From: an uncultured Gemmatimonadales bacterium | Lineage (GTDB): Bacteria > Gemmatimonadota > Gemmatimonadetes > Gemmatimonadales > GWC2-71-9 | Reading direction: 5' to 3' | Assembly (NCBI GenBank): GCA_963728915.1 | Contig: CAVSLV010000002.1 | Location: 128,001 to 192,000, forward strand | Length of the DNA stretch: 64,000 nt | Part shown: positions 43,311 to 52,618 of the stretch, one piece after another | How positions within the stretch are numbered: the first letter of the stretch is position 1 | Layout of the letters: each line of letters opens with the position of its first letter | Notes under the pieces: model-generated | The model's input: the letters and a program-made list of their open reading frames with translations, nothing else | What the model was told of the DNA's origin: nothing | Databases searched by the model: none | Position numbers and translations under genes: made by a program

Positions 43311-43703
43311 GTGGCTGAGTCTACGCAAGTGAGTCGCTGGCTGATCATCGGAGCGGGCATCGTCCTCGTCGCCACGGCGGCCTTGCACACTGCTGGCTAC
43401 CCCTCGGTCTCGAGCACCATGCTGGCGAGTGGTCTGAATGCTGACCTGGTTGCAGCGCTGAGAGCGCTTTGGCTCATGTTCTCGGCTCAGCTCGTCGTGC
43501 TTGCAATCGTGGTCATCTTGGCCCGCAGTGTGCCCGGAGGCAAACGGATTGTTCTGGCATGCGCGCTCATCCCCGCAGTTGACGCCGCCCTGCTCCTTCG
43601 ATTCGTCGGCGTGTTTGCGGGCACACTCGGTCTTGCCATGGCAACAGTTCTCTTGGTTCTAGGTGGCCTGCTTTGGCAGGAGAGTTCACGTGATGGCGCC
43701 TAA
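43311..43703 (+). CDS. Cassette gene: four-TM membrane protein
   Basis: AAGGAG RBS and four hydrophobic segments. The stop codon lies inside GCCTAAC. Confidence 0.7.
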   Translation: MAESTQVSRWLIIGAGIVLVATAALHTAGYPSVSSTMLASGLNADLVAALRALWLMFSAQLVVLAIVVILARSVPGGKRIVLACALIPAVDAALLLRFVGVFAGTLGLAMATVLLVLGGLLWQESSRDGA

Positions 43704-43715
43704 CCAGCGCTTGCC
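43698..43715 (+). repeat. attC: Truncated attC (left arm only)
   Basis: GCCTAACCAGCGCTTGC, then unrelated sequence. Confidence 0.6.
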
Positions 43716-43744
43716 GTGATGCGTGTGCTCGTGTCGCTACTGAC

Positions 43745-43871
43745 GCCTAACAACCGCATGAAGTTGGCCGGGCGTGGTTATCGGTTGTGAAAGGGGTGGC
43801 ATCACCAATCGGCGTCCCCCATACTGCTGTGAAGCGCGCCGCGGCCCTGCAACTCATGCGGGGCGTTATGT
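43745..43871 (+). repeat. attC: attC site (divergent type)
   Basis: GCCTAACAACCGCATGAAGTTG...CAACTCATGCGGGGCGTTATGT. Confidence 0.85.
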
Positions 43872-43948
43872 GGCCTGCATGCGGATTGTGGCGGTGCAGA
43901 CAAGCCTCTGTGGTAACGATTCATAACGCGCGCGCGGAGAGCACATCT

Positions 43949-44026
43949 GATTATGACATCTTATAGCGCCGCGCTCTCCCCCGGACACCGCCTATTCTTG
44001 CAGACCTCTAGAGGCCAAGCTAGCTT
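43949..44026 (+). promoter_or_regulatory. Cassette-internal promoter with operator-like motif
   Basis: GATTATGACATCTTATAG, then TTGCAG-17-TAGCTT. Homologous to 21038-21115. Confidence 0.6.
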
Positions 44027-44146
44027 TTCGCCGCGTGCGTCGCGGTGAGGTATGGTCTCAAGTTAGTACCCGGACAAATTAGGACCTTGAAGAGATTCGA
44101 CGCATAACCTGGCAACTAGAGGCATTCCTCCCCCCCATCCTCGAGC

Positions 44147-44602
44147 ATGTCAGAACGATTTCAACGCAGTTCGTATCTGGCTCCGTCAACCTTACTTATG
44201 ACCGCGGTTGTCGGGGCTTTGTTGGCCGGGTGTACTGTTCCGCCTACCGGACCCGACTCCGTGAAGGTCTCGGGAGGAGCTTCCGTCGCGACCAGGGACT
44301 TATCAAGGGCGGTAACAAGCATTCAGGTCTTACTCGATGGCAAGGTCGTCGATTCTACTAGCGGGCCTCCAACGACCAACCTTTTAGGTTCATTCCGGCT
44401 TCAAGCCTTGACCGTTGGGCCGCACAAGATGCAGCTCAAGTTGGTTAGTCAGAACCGAGACACTGTCACCTATAAGGTTACAGGAAGCATTACCATGCAT
44501 AGAGGTGCCTCCGGACTTGACATATGGACTTACCAATGGCCCTACATGACCTTGACCCTCCAGGCCGGGGCCATAGTAGACTTCAAATTCACAGTGCAGT
44601 AA
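44147..44602 (+). CDS. Cassette gene: lipoprotein of unknown function
   Basis: LLAGC lipobox, lower GC, and bounded by attC sites. Confidence 0.7.
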   Translation: MSERFQRSSYLAPSTLLMTAVVGALLAGCTVPPTGPDSVKVSGGASVATRDLSRAVTSIQVLLDGKVVDSTSGPPTTNLLGSFRLQALTVGPHKMQLKLVSQNRDTVTYKVTGSITMHRGASGLDIWTYQWPYMTLTLQAGAIVDFKFTVQ

Positions 44603-44700
44603 CTGTGTTGGGGGGGCCACATTGCCGAGTGTCGGAGGTTACAGGTCAGACGGGTGTACAGCCCAGATCGCCTGTCCTAACAGAACCAGACTCAAGAGCC

Positions 44701-44784
44701 GCATAACCCGCGCTTGGAGCAGCCCGGGGCAGAAGCGTGTCGCAGCGCCGCACGCCCCGGCAACTCAAGCGCAGGGCGTTAGAT
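44701..44784 (+). repeat. attC: attC site (last in array)
   Basis: GCATAAC...GTTAGAT. Confidence 0.88.
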
Positions 44785-44958
44785 GGACACGAGCATCACG
44801 CTTAATCGAGGCTTAATCCGCGCCTCACCGGCGAGTCATTCAGTCGTGCTACTATCACTGCGCCTACACGTGCCGATTCACACTCGTCGGTGCCCATGGA
44901 GGATCTAATGATCCATGCTCGCATTTGGCCGGCACCTAGTGTCCGCGCGCCCTCGGAG

Positions 44959-46074
44959 TCACGGTTGCCTCACCAGCTCCGGATAGGACGGCGATGTGAG
45001 CGCGCCCTGGGCGCTCACTGGGTTCCGCAGCCACGCGTCGAAGAAACTCCCCACCGCGTACGCCGACACCTCGACCTGCCGGCGGCCGCGCATGCCGAGG
45101 ATGCCCATGACGCGCATGATGCCCCGCAGTACACCGCTCTTCAGCAGCGCCCCATCCTCACTGAACGTGAAATGGTTCGCCCCCTTGATCATCACCTTCA
45201 TCCGGCTCTCGGCGGGTTGCCGCTCGTAGGCCCGCTGGATTTGTCCCATGATCTGCCGGCTCACCGAATCCTGCGCCGCGCCATGATCCGACAGCAGCCA
45301 GAGAAAGGGCACCGTCACCGTGGTCTGGTCGAGGCTCCCGAAGAGCCGGCCGTCCATGTTCACGCCGGCCTTGCACCGCGGGTCGGCGCCACAGAAGGAA
45401 AACGCCTGGGCTCCGCCAAAGGAGTGCCCGAACACGCCGAGGGTCTTCAGGTCGAGGTGCCCCGCGAGGATTGGATCGGTCGTTGCGAGGTCCGATAGAC
45501 GGTCGAGGGCGGATCCCATGGCCGTGATGGCGCTCCCGATCAGCTCCGCGGCGCAACCGTCCTCGTCGGCGCGCCCCACGCAAGACTCTGGATTCCCGCC
45601 GTTACCACCTTCGACGGCGACCACGACGTAGCCCCGGCTGGCCAGCTCTTCGAAATGCGCGGTGAAGCCGAGCGCACCCCCGCCGCCGCCGCCGCGAAAC
45701 AGAAGCACCGGGTGCGGCACCGAGTCGGCGGCGAAGGGCGCGTCGAACACGCCATGCGCCCGCACCGAGGCGAGCTTGCGGGTGAGCAGGTTGATGACCG
45801 CGGGACGGTCATGCGTCCAGCGCGCGGCAATGCTGTCCGGCAGATAGGGCGCGATGCGTTCGTGGTGCCGCGCGGGATACCAGATCCACGCCATCAGACC
45901 GGCGCCGAGCGCGCGGGAGGTCCGGCCGACAGGCGACGGGCCGGTGGGGCGCGGGAGCTCGATGGGGATCGAGTGCTCCACCCAGATGCCGGCGACCGTC
46001 AGCACCGCGAGTGCGATACCGCCAACCACGATCCGCTTGAGCCAGCGCAATCCCGCCCCACCCGGTGACGTCAC
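44959..46074 (-). CDS. Membrane-anchored alpha/beta hydrolase (PAF-acetylhydrolase-like)
   Basis: LPRPTG, EELASRGYVV, GHSFGG, NMDG and GANHFTFSE. Confidence 0.85.
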   Translation of the reverse strand: MTSPGGAGLRWLKRIVVGGIALAVLTVAGIWVEHSIPIELPRPTGPSPVGRTSRALGAGLMAWIWYPARHHERIAPYLPDSIAARWTHDRPAVINLLTRKLASVRAHGVFDAPFAADSVPHPVLLFRGGGGGGALGFTAHFEELASRGYVVVAVEGGNGGNPESCVGRADEDGCAAELIGSAITAMGSALDRLSDLATTDPILAGHLDLKTLGVFGHSFGGAQAFSFCGADPRCKAGVNMDGRLFGSLDQTTVTVPFLWLLSDHGAAQDSVSRQIMGQIQRAYERQPAESRMKVMIKGANHFTFSEDGALLKSGVLRGIMRVMGILGMRGRRQVEVSAYAVGSFFDAWLRNPVSAQGALTSPSYPELVRQP

Positions 46075-46553
46075 CAGTGGAGCCACCAGACGGGAAATAC
46101 CGCCGCTCCTATCGCCCCCACATGAATCGCCGATACGGCCAGCGCTCGGCGACCTCTCTCGGGAACCCAGCGCACCATGAACCAGGCCACGAAGGGGAGC
46201 TGCCCCGCCATGAGGAGTTGCCAGAGGTGCGCGGCAGTGCCCTCGTCGGCCTGCGGCGCGACGCCCGATCTGAGGATGTGCACCCCGATCGCCGTGAGCG
46301 CGCCGAGTGACATGAGAACCGGGGCGAATCCGCTCGGGTTCCAGAGCAAGCTGCGTGCTGCGTCCGCAGGCGGCTCTGCCGGCGCGCGCTGCCGCACCCG
46401 AACGGCCAGCGCGCCACGGGCAAGGTTTGCGGCCACGGGCCAGGTCGCGCCGGAGTCCTCGACCAGCGCCTCCAGTTCGTTGCCGTACCGGCGCCACCAC
46501 CAGCGCGGGTAGAGCCGGTATACCGCGCGCAGAATCCGGTTCATGCTCTTCAT
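46071..46553 (-). CDS. Membrane protein associated with PadR
   Basis: LYPRWW.RRYG.EL N-terminus, DEGTAAHLWQLL and three TM segments. Confidence 0.7.
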   Translation of the reverse strand: MKSMNRILRAVYRLYPRWWWRRYGNELEALVEDSGATWPVAANLARGALAVRVRQRAPAEPPADAARSLLWNPSGFAPVLMSLGALTAIGVHILRSGVAPQADEGTAAHLWQLLMAGQLPFVAWFMVRWVPERGRRALAVSAIHVGAIGAAVFPVWWLHW

Positions 46554-46849
46554 GCGTTCCGCAATCGCCGCGCGCCCACGCGAATGATTGGCGCAAGGGC
46601 GGCGATCTGCACCGCGAGGTGCTTCCGCCCACGGGCGGTGATGCGGTACGGCTGGCGCCGCGCGGTCGGGCTGGTTGGCTCGATCAGACCGTCCTTCTCG
46701 AGCCGGCTGATCGCGCCATACAGGGTTCCCGGGCCGAGCGAGACCTCGGCGAATTCCGCGATGTCGGTCATCATCGCGTAGCCATGCTTCGCGCCGTCGG
46801 CGAGAGAAGAGAGGATGAGCAGGGTAGGATCGGCCATATTACGTGGCAC
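46550..46849 (-). CDS. PadR-family transcriptional regulator
   Basis: HGYAM, GPGTLYGAI.RL and RR.YRIT..G. Confidence 0.9.
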   Translation of the reverse strand: MPRNMADPTLLILSSLADGAKHGYAMMTDIAEFAEVSLGPGTLYGAISRLEKDGLIEPTSPTARRQPYRITARGRKHLAVQIAALAPIIRVGARRLRNA

Positions 46850-47051
46850 GTAGTATCGGGTGGCGTCCTGATCCTGTCAAGGCGACCGTCCCCGGCCCCC
46901 CGGCAGGGCGGTACTGATGGACTGCTCTGGGCGGACCGAAGCACCATCGACTTTCAGCCGTGAGGAGCGATCGCCCACTCGCTGGTGGTTTGCCACGAGG
47001 GATCGAGGTCGGAACGAATGACCCAGGCGGCCGACCGCCAGATCGACGACT

Positions 47052-47567
47052 TCATCCCTGTCCCGAACTCGCGCCCAGGGTGACGAGCAGCTCGTCCAGT
47101 TGCTCGAACGTCTCTCCCATCGCATCCGCCGCCCCGGTGCCGGCGGCGTCGAGAGCTTCCTTCGAGGGATACAGCTCGTGCATGACCAGCAACGTCTTGC
47201 CGCCTCGTTCCGCGAAGGTCACCGTCGTGACGGGACCCTCGTCACTTTCCTCATTGGTCCAGACGAGGCGCGAGTGCGGTGTTACCTCCCTGTACGTGCC
47301 GAAGAACGCCGCCTGTGAGTCCCCGTGTGCGAACTCCAAACGATAGCTGCCCCCGACACGAACATCCATTTCGCAGGAGAGCAGGGACATTCCCATCGAC
47401 TTCGGCACCCACCATTGCCTGAACAGCTCGGGCCTGGTCCACGCCTCGAACACGAGGCGCGCCGGGCCGTTGAACGTTCGCGTGACGACCAGCTCACGCT
47501 CGGACTTCCGCTCCACCGTCGTACGGTTCTTCATGGGGGCAACCTCACGCTCTCTTCTTGCGTCCAT
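47052..47567 (-). CDS. SRPBCC/AHSA1-domain protein
   Basis: VTRTFNGPARLVFEAWT and DVRVGGSYR. Confidence 0.88.
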   Translation of the reverse strand: MDARREREVAPMKNRTTVERKSERELVVTRTFNGPARLVFEAWTRPELFRQWWVPKSMGMSLLSCEMDVRVGGSYRLEFAHGDSQAAFFGTYREVTPHSRLVWTNEESDEGPVTTVTFAERGGKTLLVMHELYPSKEALDAAGTGAADAMGETFEQLDELLVTLGASSGQG

Positions 47568-47910
47568 CGACCTTCTCCTTCCGTTTCAATTCCGCGACAA
47601 CGTTGTCCAGCTCGTCGAAGCGTGCCTCCCAGAGCTGGCGGTATCGCTCGATCCATGCAGCTTCCTCCTCCAGTCGGCGCGGGCCGTGCCTGCAGGTCCG
47701 CACCCGCCCGACCTTCTCCGTGGTGACCAGCCCCGCCTGTTCCAGGACGCCGACATGCTTCCTCATGCCCGTGAGGGTCATGCGGAACTTCCCGGCGAGG
47801 TCCGTGATCGAAGCGTCGGAACGTCCGAGCTGCTCCAGAACCCCGCGTCGGGTGGCATCCGAGAGCGCGGCGAACGAGGCATCGAGGCGGGCGCGAGCAT
47901 ACTGAACCAT
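47545..47910 (-). CDS. ArsR-family transcriptional regulator
   Basis: FAALSDATRR and KHVGVLEQAGLV...GRVR. Confidence 0.88.
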   Translation of the reverse strand: MVQYARARLDASFAALSDATRRGVLEQLGRSDASITDLAGKFRMTLTGMRKHVGVLEQAGLVTTEKVGRVRTCRHGPRRLEEEAAWIERYRQLWEARFDELDNVVAELKRKEKVDGRKKRA

Positions 47911-48155
47911 GTGGTTCAGTATAATACGCGGATCGGCGGCATGCAAGGGAGGCGTTCGACCGCGGCTCGAGCGCATCGGTTTCGGGAACAAGCCTGGCAT
48001 GGGATGTGGGCCTGAGGTCGAGGCCTACGTCACCATGAGGCGAGGATAAACCGATGGGGACTTCCTCCCGGACATATGAACAAGCGGGTTGGTGGCGGCC
48101 TGGGCATTTGCACCATTACCCAGGCCCATTCCTCATTTCGGACCCAGGTGGAGGC

Positions 48156-48638
48156 ATGAAGAGCACAGAACTCTCCCCGGGTACAACGGCTCCGCCGTTC
48201 ACACTCCGGGCTGGGCCGGACAAGCAGGTCTCCCTGGGCGAGCTGGGTGGAAAACCGGTGGTCCTCGCGTTCTACCCCGCCGACTGGAGCCCAGTCTGCG
48301 GCGACCAGATGACGCTCTACAGCACCCTCAAGGAAGAATTTGATCGACTGGGGGCCGTCCTCTATGGCATTTCGGTGGACGGGCCGTGGTGTCACGCGGC
48401 CTTCATGGACACCCGAGGACTCCGGGTGGGACTTCTTTCTGACTTCGAGCCGAAGGGCGCGGTCTCGCGAGCCTACGGAGCCTACAACGAGCCAGACGGA
48501 ACCAGCACCCGTTCGCTCTTCGTGATCGACCCGGACGGGATCATCCGATGGAGCTATCGCTCCCCCGACGACATCAACCCCGGCGCCGACGGCATTCTCG
48601 AAGCCCTCGAGAACCTCGGCGCTCCCAGAGCGAGGTGA
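48156..48638 (+). CDS. Peroxiredoxin/redoxin (AhpC-TSA family)
   Basis: FYPADWSPVC, GISVD, LLSDF and RSLFVID. Confidence 0.88.
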   Translation: MKSTELSPGTTAPPFTLRAGPDKQVSLGELGGKPVVLAFYPADWSPVCGDQMTLYSTLKEEFDRLGAVLYGISVDGPWCHAAFMDTRGLRVGLLSDFEPKGAVSRAYGAYNEPDGTSTRSLFVIDPDGIIRWSYRSPDDINPGADGILEALENLGAPRAR

Positions 48639-48642
48639 GGGC

Positions 48643-49200
48643 ATGTCATCCCAGCGGCTCGCACCCGCGGTCTCGAATGCCGACCACGTCGCCGGCCCCG
48701 CGGACGCGGCGGTGACCCTGATCGAGTATGGCGATTTCGAGTGCCCCTACTGCGGGGCCGCGTATCCGATTCTCAAGCGGGTACAGGAACGAATGGCGGA
48801 CCGGCTCCGTTTCGTCTTCCGGCACTTCCCGATCAGCGAGTCCCACCCCCACGCCGAGCACGCGGCCGAGGCGTCGGAATCGGTGGCCGCTCGGGCGGGG
48901 AACGAGCCATTCTGGGCGATGCACGATCTCCTGTACGAGCACCAGCGCCGGCTCGATGACGCGCACCTGACCCGCTACGCCGAGCAGGCGGGCGTGGACG
49001 CGGCCGACACGCTGGCGGACCTCGAAACGGGGCGGTTCCGGAACGTGGTGCGCGAGTCGCTGCTGCAGGGCGCCCGCGCCGGGGTCAACGGGACGCCGAC
49101 GCTGTTTATCGATGGGATCCGCTATGACGGGCCGCGTGATGAGGAGACGCTCGTCGAAGCGCTCAGTCTGGTCGCCGAAGAGGCAGGGAAGGAGCGATAA
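48643..49200 (+). CDS. DsbA-like thioredoxin-fold protein
   Basis: EYGDFECPYC, FRHFP and GVNGTPT. Confidence 0.9.
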   Translation: MSSQRLAPAVSNADHVAGPADAAVTLIEYGDFECPYCGAAYPILKRVQERMADRLRFVFRHFPISESHPHAEHAAEASESVAARAGNEPFWAMHDLLYEHQRRLDDAHLTRYAEQAGVDAADTLADLETGRFRNVVRESLLQGARAGVNGTPTLFIDGIRYDGPRDEETLVEALSLVAEEAGKER

Positions 49201-49206
49201 AGGCCC

Positions 49207-49710
49207 ATGGTCGACACCGTCAACGCCCGGCTTTATGCCACCAAGAACGACCTGCCCGAGGCGTCCCGTCTGGAAGTCATTCGCCTGCTGAATCAGCGGC
49301 TCGCCGACAGCATTGATCTTGAGACCCAATGCAAGCAGGCCCACTGGAACGTCAAGGGCCCGACGTTCATCGCCCTCCACAAGCTCTTCGATGAGATCTA
49401 CGCAGACGTTGGGGGGTACGTGGACCTGATCGCCGAGCGGGTCGTGCAGCTTGGGGGAATCGCCGAAGGCACGATCGCGGTGGTCGCCGAGCGGTCGTCT
49501 CTGGCAGACTATCCGATCGGGATCGTCACCGGCGCCGAGCATATTGCGGCGCTTTCCGATGCCCTCGCCTCCTTCGGCCGGAGCGTCCGGATCGGCATCG
49601 AGGAAATGAACGATCTGGAAGACGCCGGCAGCGCCGACATCCTCACCGAGATCTCCCGCGGCGTGGACAAGTGGCTCTGGTTCACGGAGGCGCACCAGCA
49701 GGGTGCATAG
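49207..49710 (+). CDS. dps: DNA starvation/stationary phase protection protein Dps
   Basis: KQAHWNVKG, LHKLFDE, DLIAER and DKWLWF.EAH. Confidence 0.95.
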   Translation: MVDTVNARLYATKNDLPEASRLEVIRLLNQRLADSIDLETQCKQAHWNVKGPTFIALHKLFDEIYADVGGYVDLIAERVVQLGGIAEGTIAVVAERSSLADYPIGIVTGAEHIAALSDALASFGRSVRIGIEEMNDLEDAGSADILTEISRGVDKWLWFTEAHQQGA

Positions 49711-49870
49711 CTCACATCCCCTCCTCCTGCTGAGGTTGTGAACGTCAGACCAAACCCGTGATGATGCCCTTCAGGAGCCATCGAGCCAACAACTACCCCC
49801 GCGAAACCTCCACCCTCGTCCCCTCGTACACCTCGTGGACCCTGGACCTCCTCGTCACGCGGGTATCTCC

Positions 49871-50356
49871 ATGTTCGGTCGGATCCTGCCTCGCCAGATC
49901 GACAATGTCTACGCCGGCCGGAAGCTCGGTCTCTGGGTCTTCGGGGCGGTCGTGCTCCTGAAGGTCGCCCAAAGCCTGGCCGTCATTTTCAATGGCTACA
50001 TGACGGCCCGCTCCGCCGACGGCATCCCCCTCGAGACCTATCCGCCCGCCACCGCCCAGACCGTAGTGGCCCTTTTCGGGCTCTCGGGGCTCTACCGGCT
50101 GTTCATTGGGTTGCTCTGCATCCTGGTCCTCGTACGGTATCGCCGCGCCATCCCCCTCATGTTTGTCGTGCTCCTGCTGAGCTATCTCGCCGTCCAACTC
50201 CTGCTGCGGATTACTCCGATTACCCGCGTGGGCACCCCGCCGGGCGCGATCGTCAACTTCGCCCTCTTCGTCCTCACCGTCCTGGGCCTGGCGCTGTCCC
50301 TGACGCCTCGCAAGGTGCCGGTCGTTCCTGGCGCCGGCCGCGCCGCTTCCGCCTAA
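49871..50356 (+). CDS. Membrane protein of unknown function
   Basis: Four TM segments and an ADGIPL motif. Confidence 0.7.
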   Translation: MFGRILPRQIDNVYAGRKLGLWVFGAVVLLKVAQSLAVIFNGYMTARSADGIPLETYPPATAQTVVALFGLSGLYRLFIGLLCILVLVRYRRAIPLMFVVLLLSYLAVQLLLRITPITRVGTPPGAIVNFALFVLTVLGLALSLTPRKVPVVPGAGRAASA

Positions 50357-50416
50357 CCCGCACGTGTAGCCGAGGGTTTTCGCGGGGCGCGTGACGTCGA
50401 CTGAGGAGGGCGTGGT

Positions 50417-50687
50417 GTGACGAGAACTGAAGGCATCAGACTGACGCTCCGCGCTATCATGGAGCTTGGGGTAGTCGTTGGCTTCGCCTCCTGTCGACTT
50501 CCACCGGTTTGGGCGCGCCGCAGAATGGCTCCGGCTATTCGAAGAGCTGGCTTTATCGGGCCTGGCGGCCGTGGGGCTTTACGTCGCCGGCCAACACTCC
50601 CTGGGATGGGCCCTAGCCGGGTTGTCCGTCTTCTATCATCTGCTGGTCTACGCGACGGGCGGTCGTCTCTTGAAGCCGCGTTCTTAG
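50417..50687 (+). pseudogene. YrdB/DUF2568-like membrane protein remnant
   Basis: LRAIMELGVV in one frame and EWLRLFEEL...YHLLVY in another. Confidence 0.45.
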
Positions 50688-50763
50688 AGGCCGCCCCCCT
50701 ACGGTGGGCCACCGCCGCCAGTTTTCATTTGTTCGGATCGAGCATCGAAGCTATGCTTATTCC

Positions 50764-51135
50764 ATGCGCCTGTTCCCCTCGGCGAGACAGAGTCCAGTGG
50801 TCCGGGCCATCGGGCTGGGGTTGGCGTTGCTGCTGTCGCTCGGGACCCCCGGCCTTGGGGCCATGGATCCCTCATGTCCGCATAACGGAACGAGTACCAC
50901 GGCTCATGCCGGGCACACCCATCACCCCGCGGATTCCCGCCCGGTCCCCAGCTCTCACGATTGTCATTGCATCGGTCCATGCCACGGCGTCGCGGCGTGG
51001 ACACCGGCCGTCTTGCCAGTCCACGACTCCGGGGCTCCGTCGAGCACCCTGCCGGCAGATTCTGCCCGCTCGTGGGCCCCACGGAGCCCAACCCCGCACC
51101 TCCGCCCGTTCGCGAACGCACCACCGCTCTCCTGA
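50764..51135 (+). CDS. His/Cys-rich metal-associated protein (DUF2946-like)
   Basis: Signal peptide, CPH, His-rich linker, CHCIGPC and C-terminal PFANAPP. Lies upstream of copC. Confidence 0.65.
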   Translation: MRLFPSARQSPVVRAIGLGLALLLSLGTPGLGAMDPSCPHNGTSTTAHAGHTHHPADSRPVPSSHDCHCIGPCHGVAAWTPAVLPVHDSGAPSSTLPADSARSWAPRSPTPHLRPFANAPPLS

Positions 51136-51290
51136 TCTGAACTTCGCCTGACACCACCGGTGCGACCCGCCTCGGGCGGGCGCACGGTCACACCCAAGGA
51201 GTGTCGGCGGCCCAGGACCCGCAGGCAATTCCCGGAGACGGTGCCACGCGAATCCCTGGACCAGCCCACTCATCCGTTGAAGGAGGTCGC

Positions 51291-51674
51291 ATGAAATCAT
51301 CGAAAGCCCTGCCCATCGGCGCCGCGACGGCGATGGCAGTCATGGTGCTCGCCGGAGCGGTTCCCGCCTCGCTGCTGCACAATCATCTGGTCAGGAGCCG
51401 GCCGGGTGCCGGGGAAGTTCTCACAGCCTCGCCGAAGGAGGTGGAGCTCTGGTTTGCCGAGCGCCCCGAAATCGCCTTCACCAGCATCACGCTGACCGAC
51501 ACCACGGGGAAACGTTTTCCAACCGGCAAAGGGGTGGCGAGCTCGGACACCCTGGCGCTCCGGTTCTCGGTGGATGGAACCCTGCCGCTGGGGTCCTACG
51601 ACCTGGTCTGGCGTACCGCGAGTGAGGATGGCCACGCGGTTCGGGGGCAATACCGATTCCAGATCAGTCCCTGA
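51291..51674 (+). CDS. copC: Copper resistance protein CopC
   Basis: HNHLVRSRP, L.F.E and WR..SEDGH..G. Confidence 0.85.
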   Translation: MKSSKALPIGAATAMAVMVLAGAVPASLLHNHLVRSRPGAGEVLTASPKEVELWFAERPEIAFTSITLTDTTGKRFPTGKGVASSDTLALRFSVDGTLPLGSYDLVWRTASEDGHAVRGQYRFQISP

Positions 51675-51752
51675 GCCGCCGGCTGAGCGCCCGTGCGCCA
51701 CGTGCTCGATCGGCCGAGTTTCAATTCCATCACAGATTGAGGAAATGTTCCA

Positions 51753-52526
51753 ATGGATAAGACCCTGCACACCAAACGCCTGAAGGCCTTTGCCCTCACC
51801 GACCCGCTCCGCGTCATTCGTCCCGCCAGCGTGCGGCGGGCCTGGATGGATGAAACCCCGGAACGGTTCGCCTATCGCTGTCTTCCTCTGACGATCGCCA
51901 ACAGCTTCGGGTGGGAGATCCTCTCCCCGGTCGCGTTCGAGGCGACCTGGAACGGTGGCACCCGGGCGCGGGACCTCGAGATCACCATGCTCTCCGGGGC
52001 GGAGAACGCCGTGACCAGCCACTTTGGAGTCGGCGTCCTCACCTTCCATGTCGGATACCTCTTCCGCACCGAGAGCGGGATCTCCCTCATGGCGATGGGA
52101 CCGGCGAACGCACCGAAAGATGGCATTGCCGCGCTGACCGGCGTCATCGAGACCGCGTGGGCGCCCTATCCGTTTACCATGAACTGGCGGTTCACCAGGA
52201 CGAACCACCCCGTTCGCTTCGAGGAGGGCGAGCCGATCTGTTGCATCATGCCGGTATCCCTGGGGTTGCTGGAGAATACCCGTCCGGAAATCCTGAACCT
52301 GGGAGCCGATCCACGCACCAAGGCGAAGTTCGAGGAGTGGTCGCAGTCACGCAACAGCTTCAATAGCGACCTCCGGGTCCAGGGCAGCGAGGCGCGGGAC
52401 GCCAAGTGGCAGAGGCGCTATCACAAAGGCCAGGAGCCGGATGGCAGTCCGACGCCGTACGCACACAAGACCGCGGTGACGGTGCGGCCTTTCGTCGATC
52501 ACCGCCAGAGCGCCAAGGCACGCTGA
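51753..52526 (+). CDS. DUF6065-like protein
   Basis: RAWMD, AYRCLPLTIAN..GWEI, GPAN.PKDG and PFTMNW. Confidence 0.75.
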   Translation: MDKTLHTKRLKAFALTDPLRVIRPASVRRAWMDETPERFAYRCLPLTIANSFGWEILSPVAFEATWNGGTRARDLEITMLSGAENAVTSHFGVGVLTFHVGYLFRTESGISLMAMGPANAPKDGIAALTGVIETAWAPYPFTMNWRFTRTNHPVRFEEGEPICCIMPVSLGLLENTRPEILNLGADPRTKAKFEEWSQSRNSFNSDLRVQGSEARDAKWQRRYHKGQEPDGSPTPYAHKTAVTVRPFVDHRQSAKAR

Positions 52527-52618
52527 GCGGAACGGCGACCGTTGGCGTCCTGGGTCGCGCCGCAGCAGTCGCCCGGTATCTTTGAACCTGCCCTCTTCAT
52601 GACACTTGGAAGGTCCTG

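Larger units (their letters stand above)
18412..44784 (+). mobile_element. Integron gene-cassette array with no integrase in the window (CALIN-like)
   Basis: 17 related attC or attC-remnant sites in the same orientation. Most cassettes have matching GTTRRRY/RYYYAAC ends. TA cassettes and attC-inserted IS elements are present. Confidence 0.93.

Noticed and set aside
19391..44784. Recurrent ~120-bp palindromic repeats read as a CRISPR array, REP elements or terminators
   Set aside because: The spacers are gene-sized, the repeats have RYYYAAC/GTTRRRY ends that match across each cassette, and there are no cas genes. They are attC sites.
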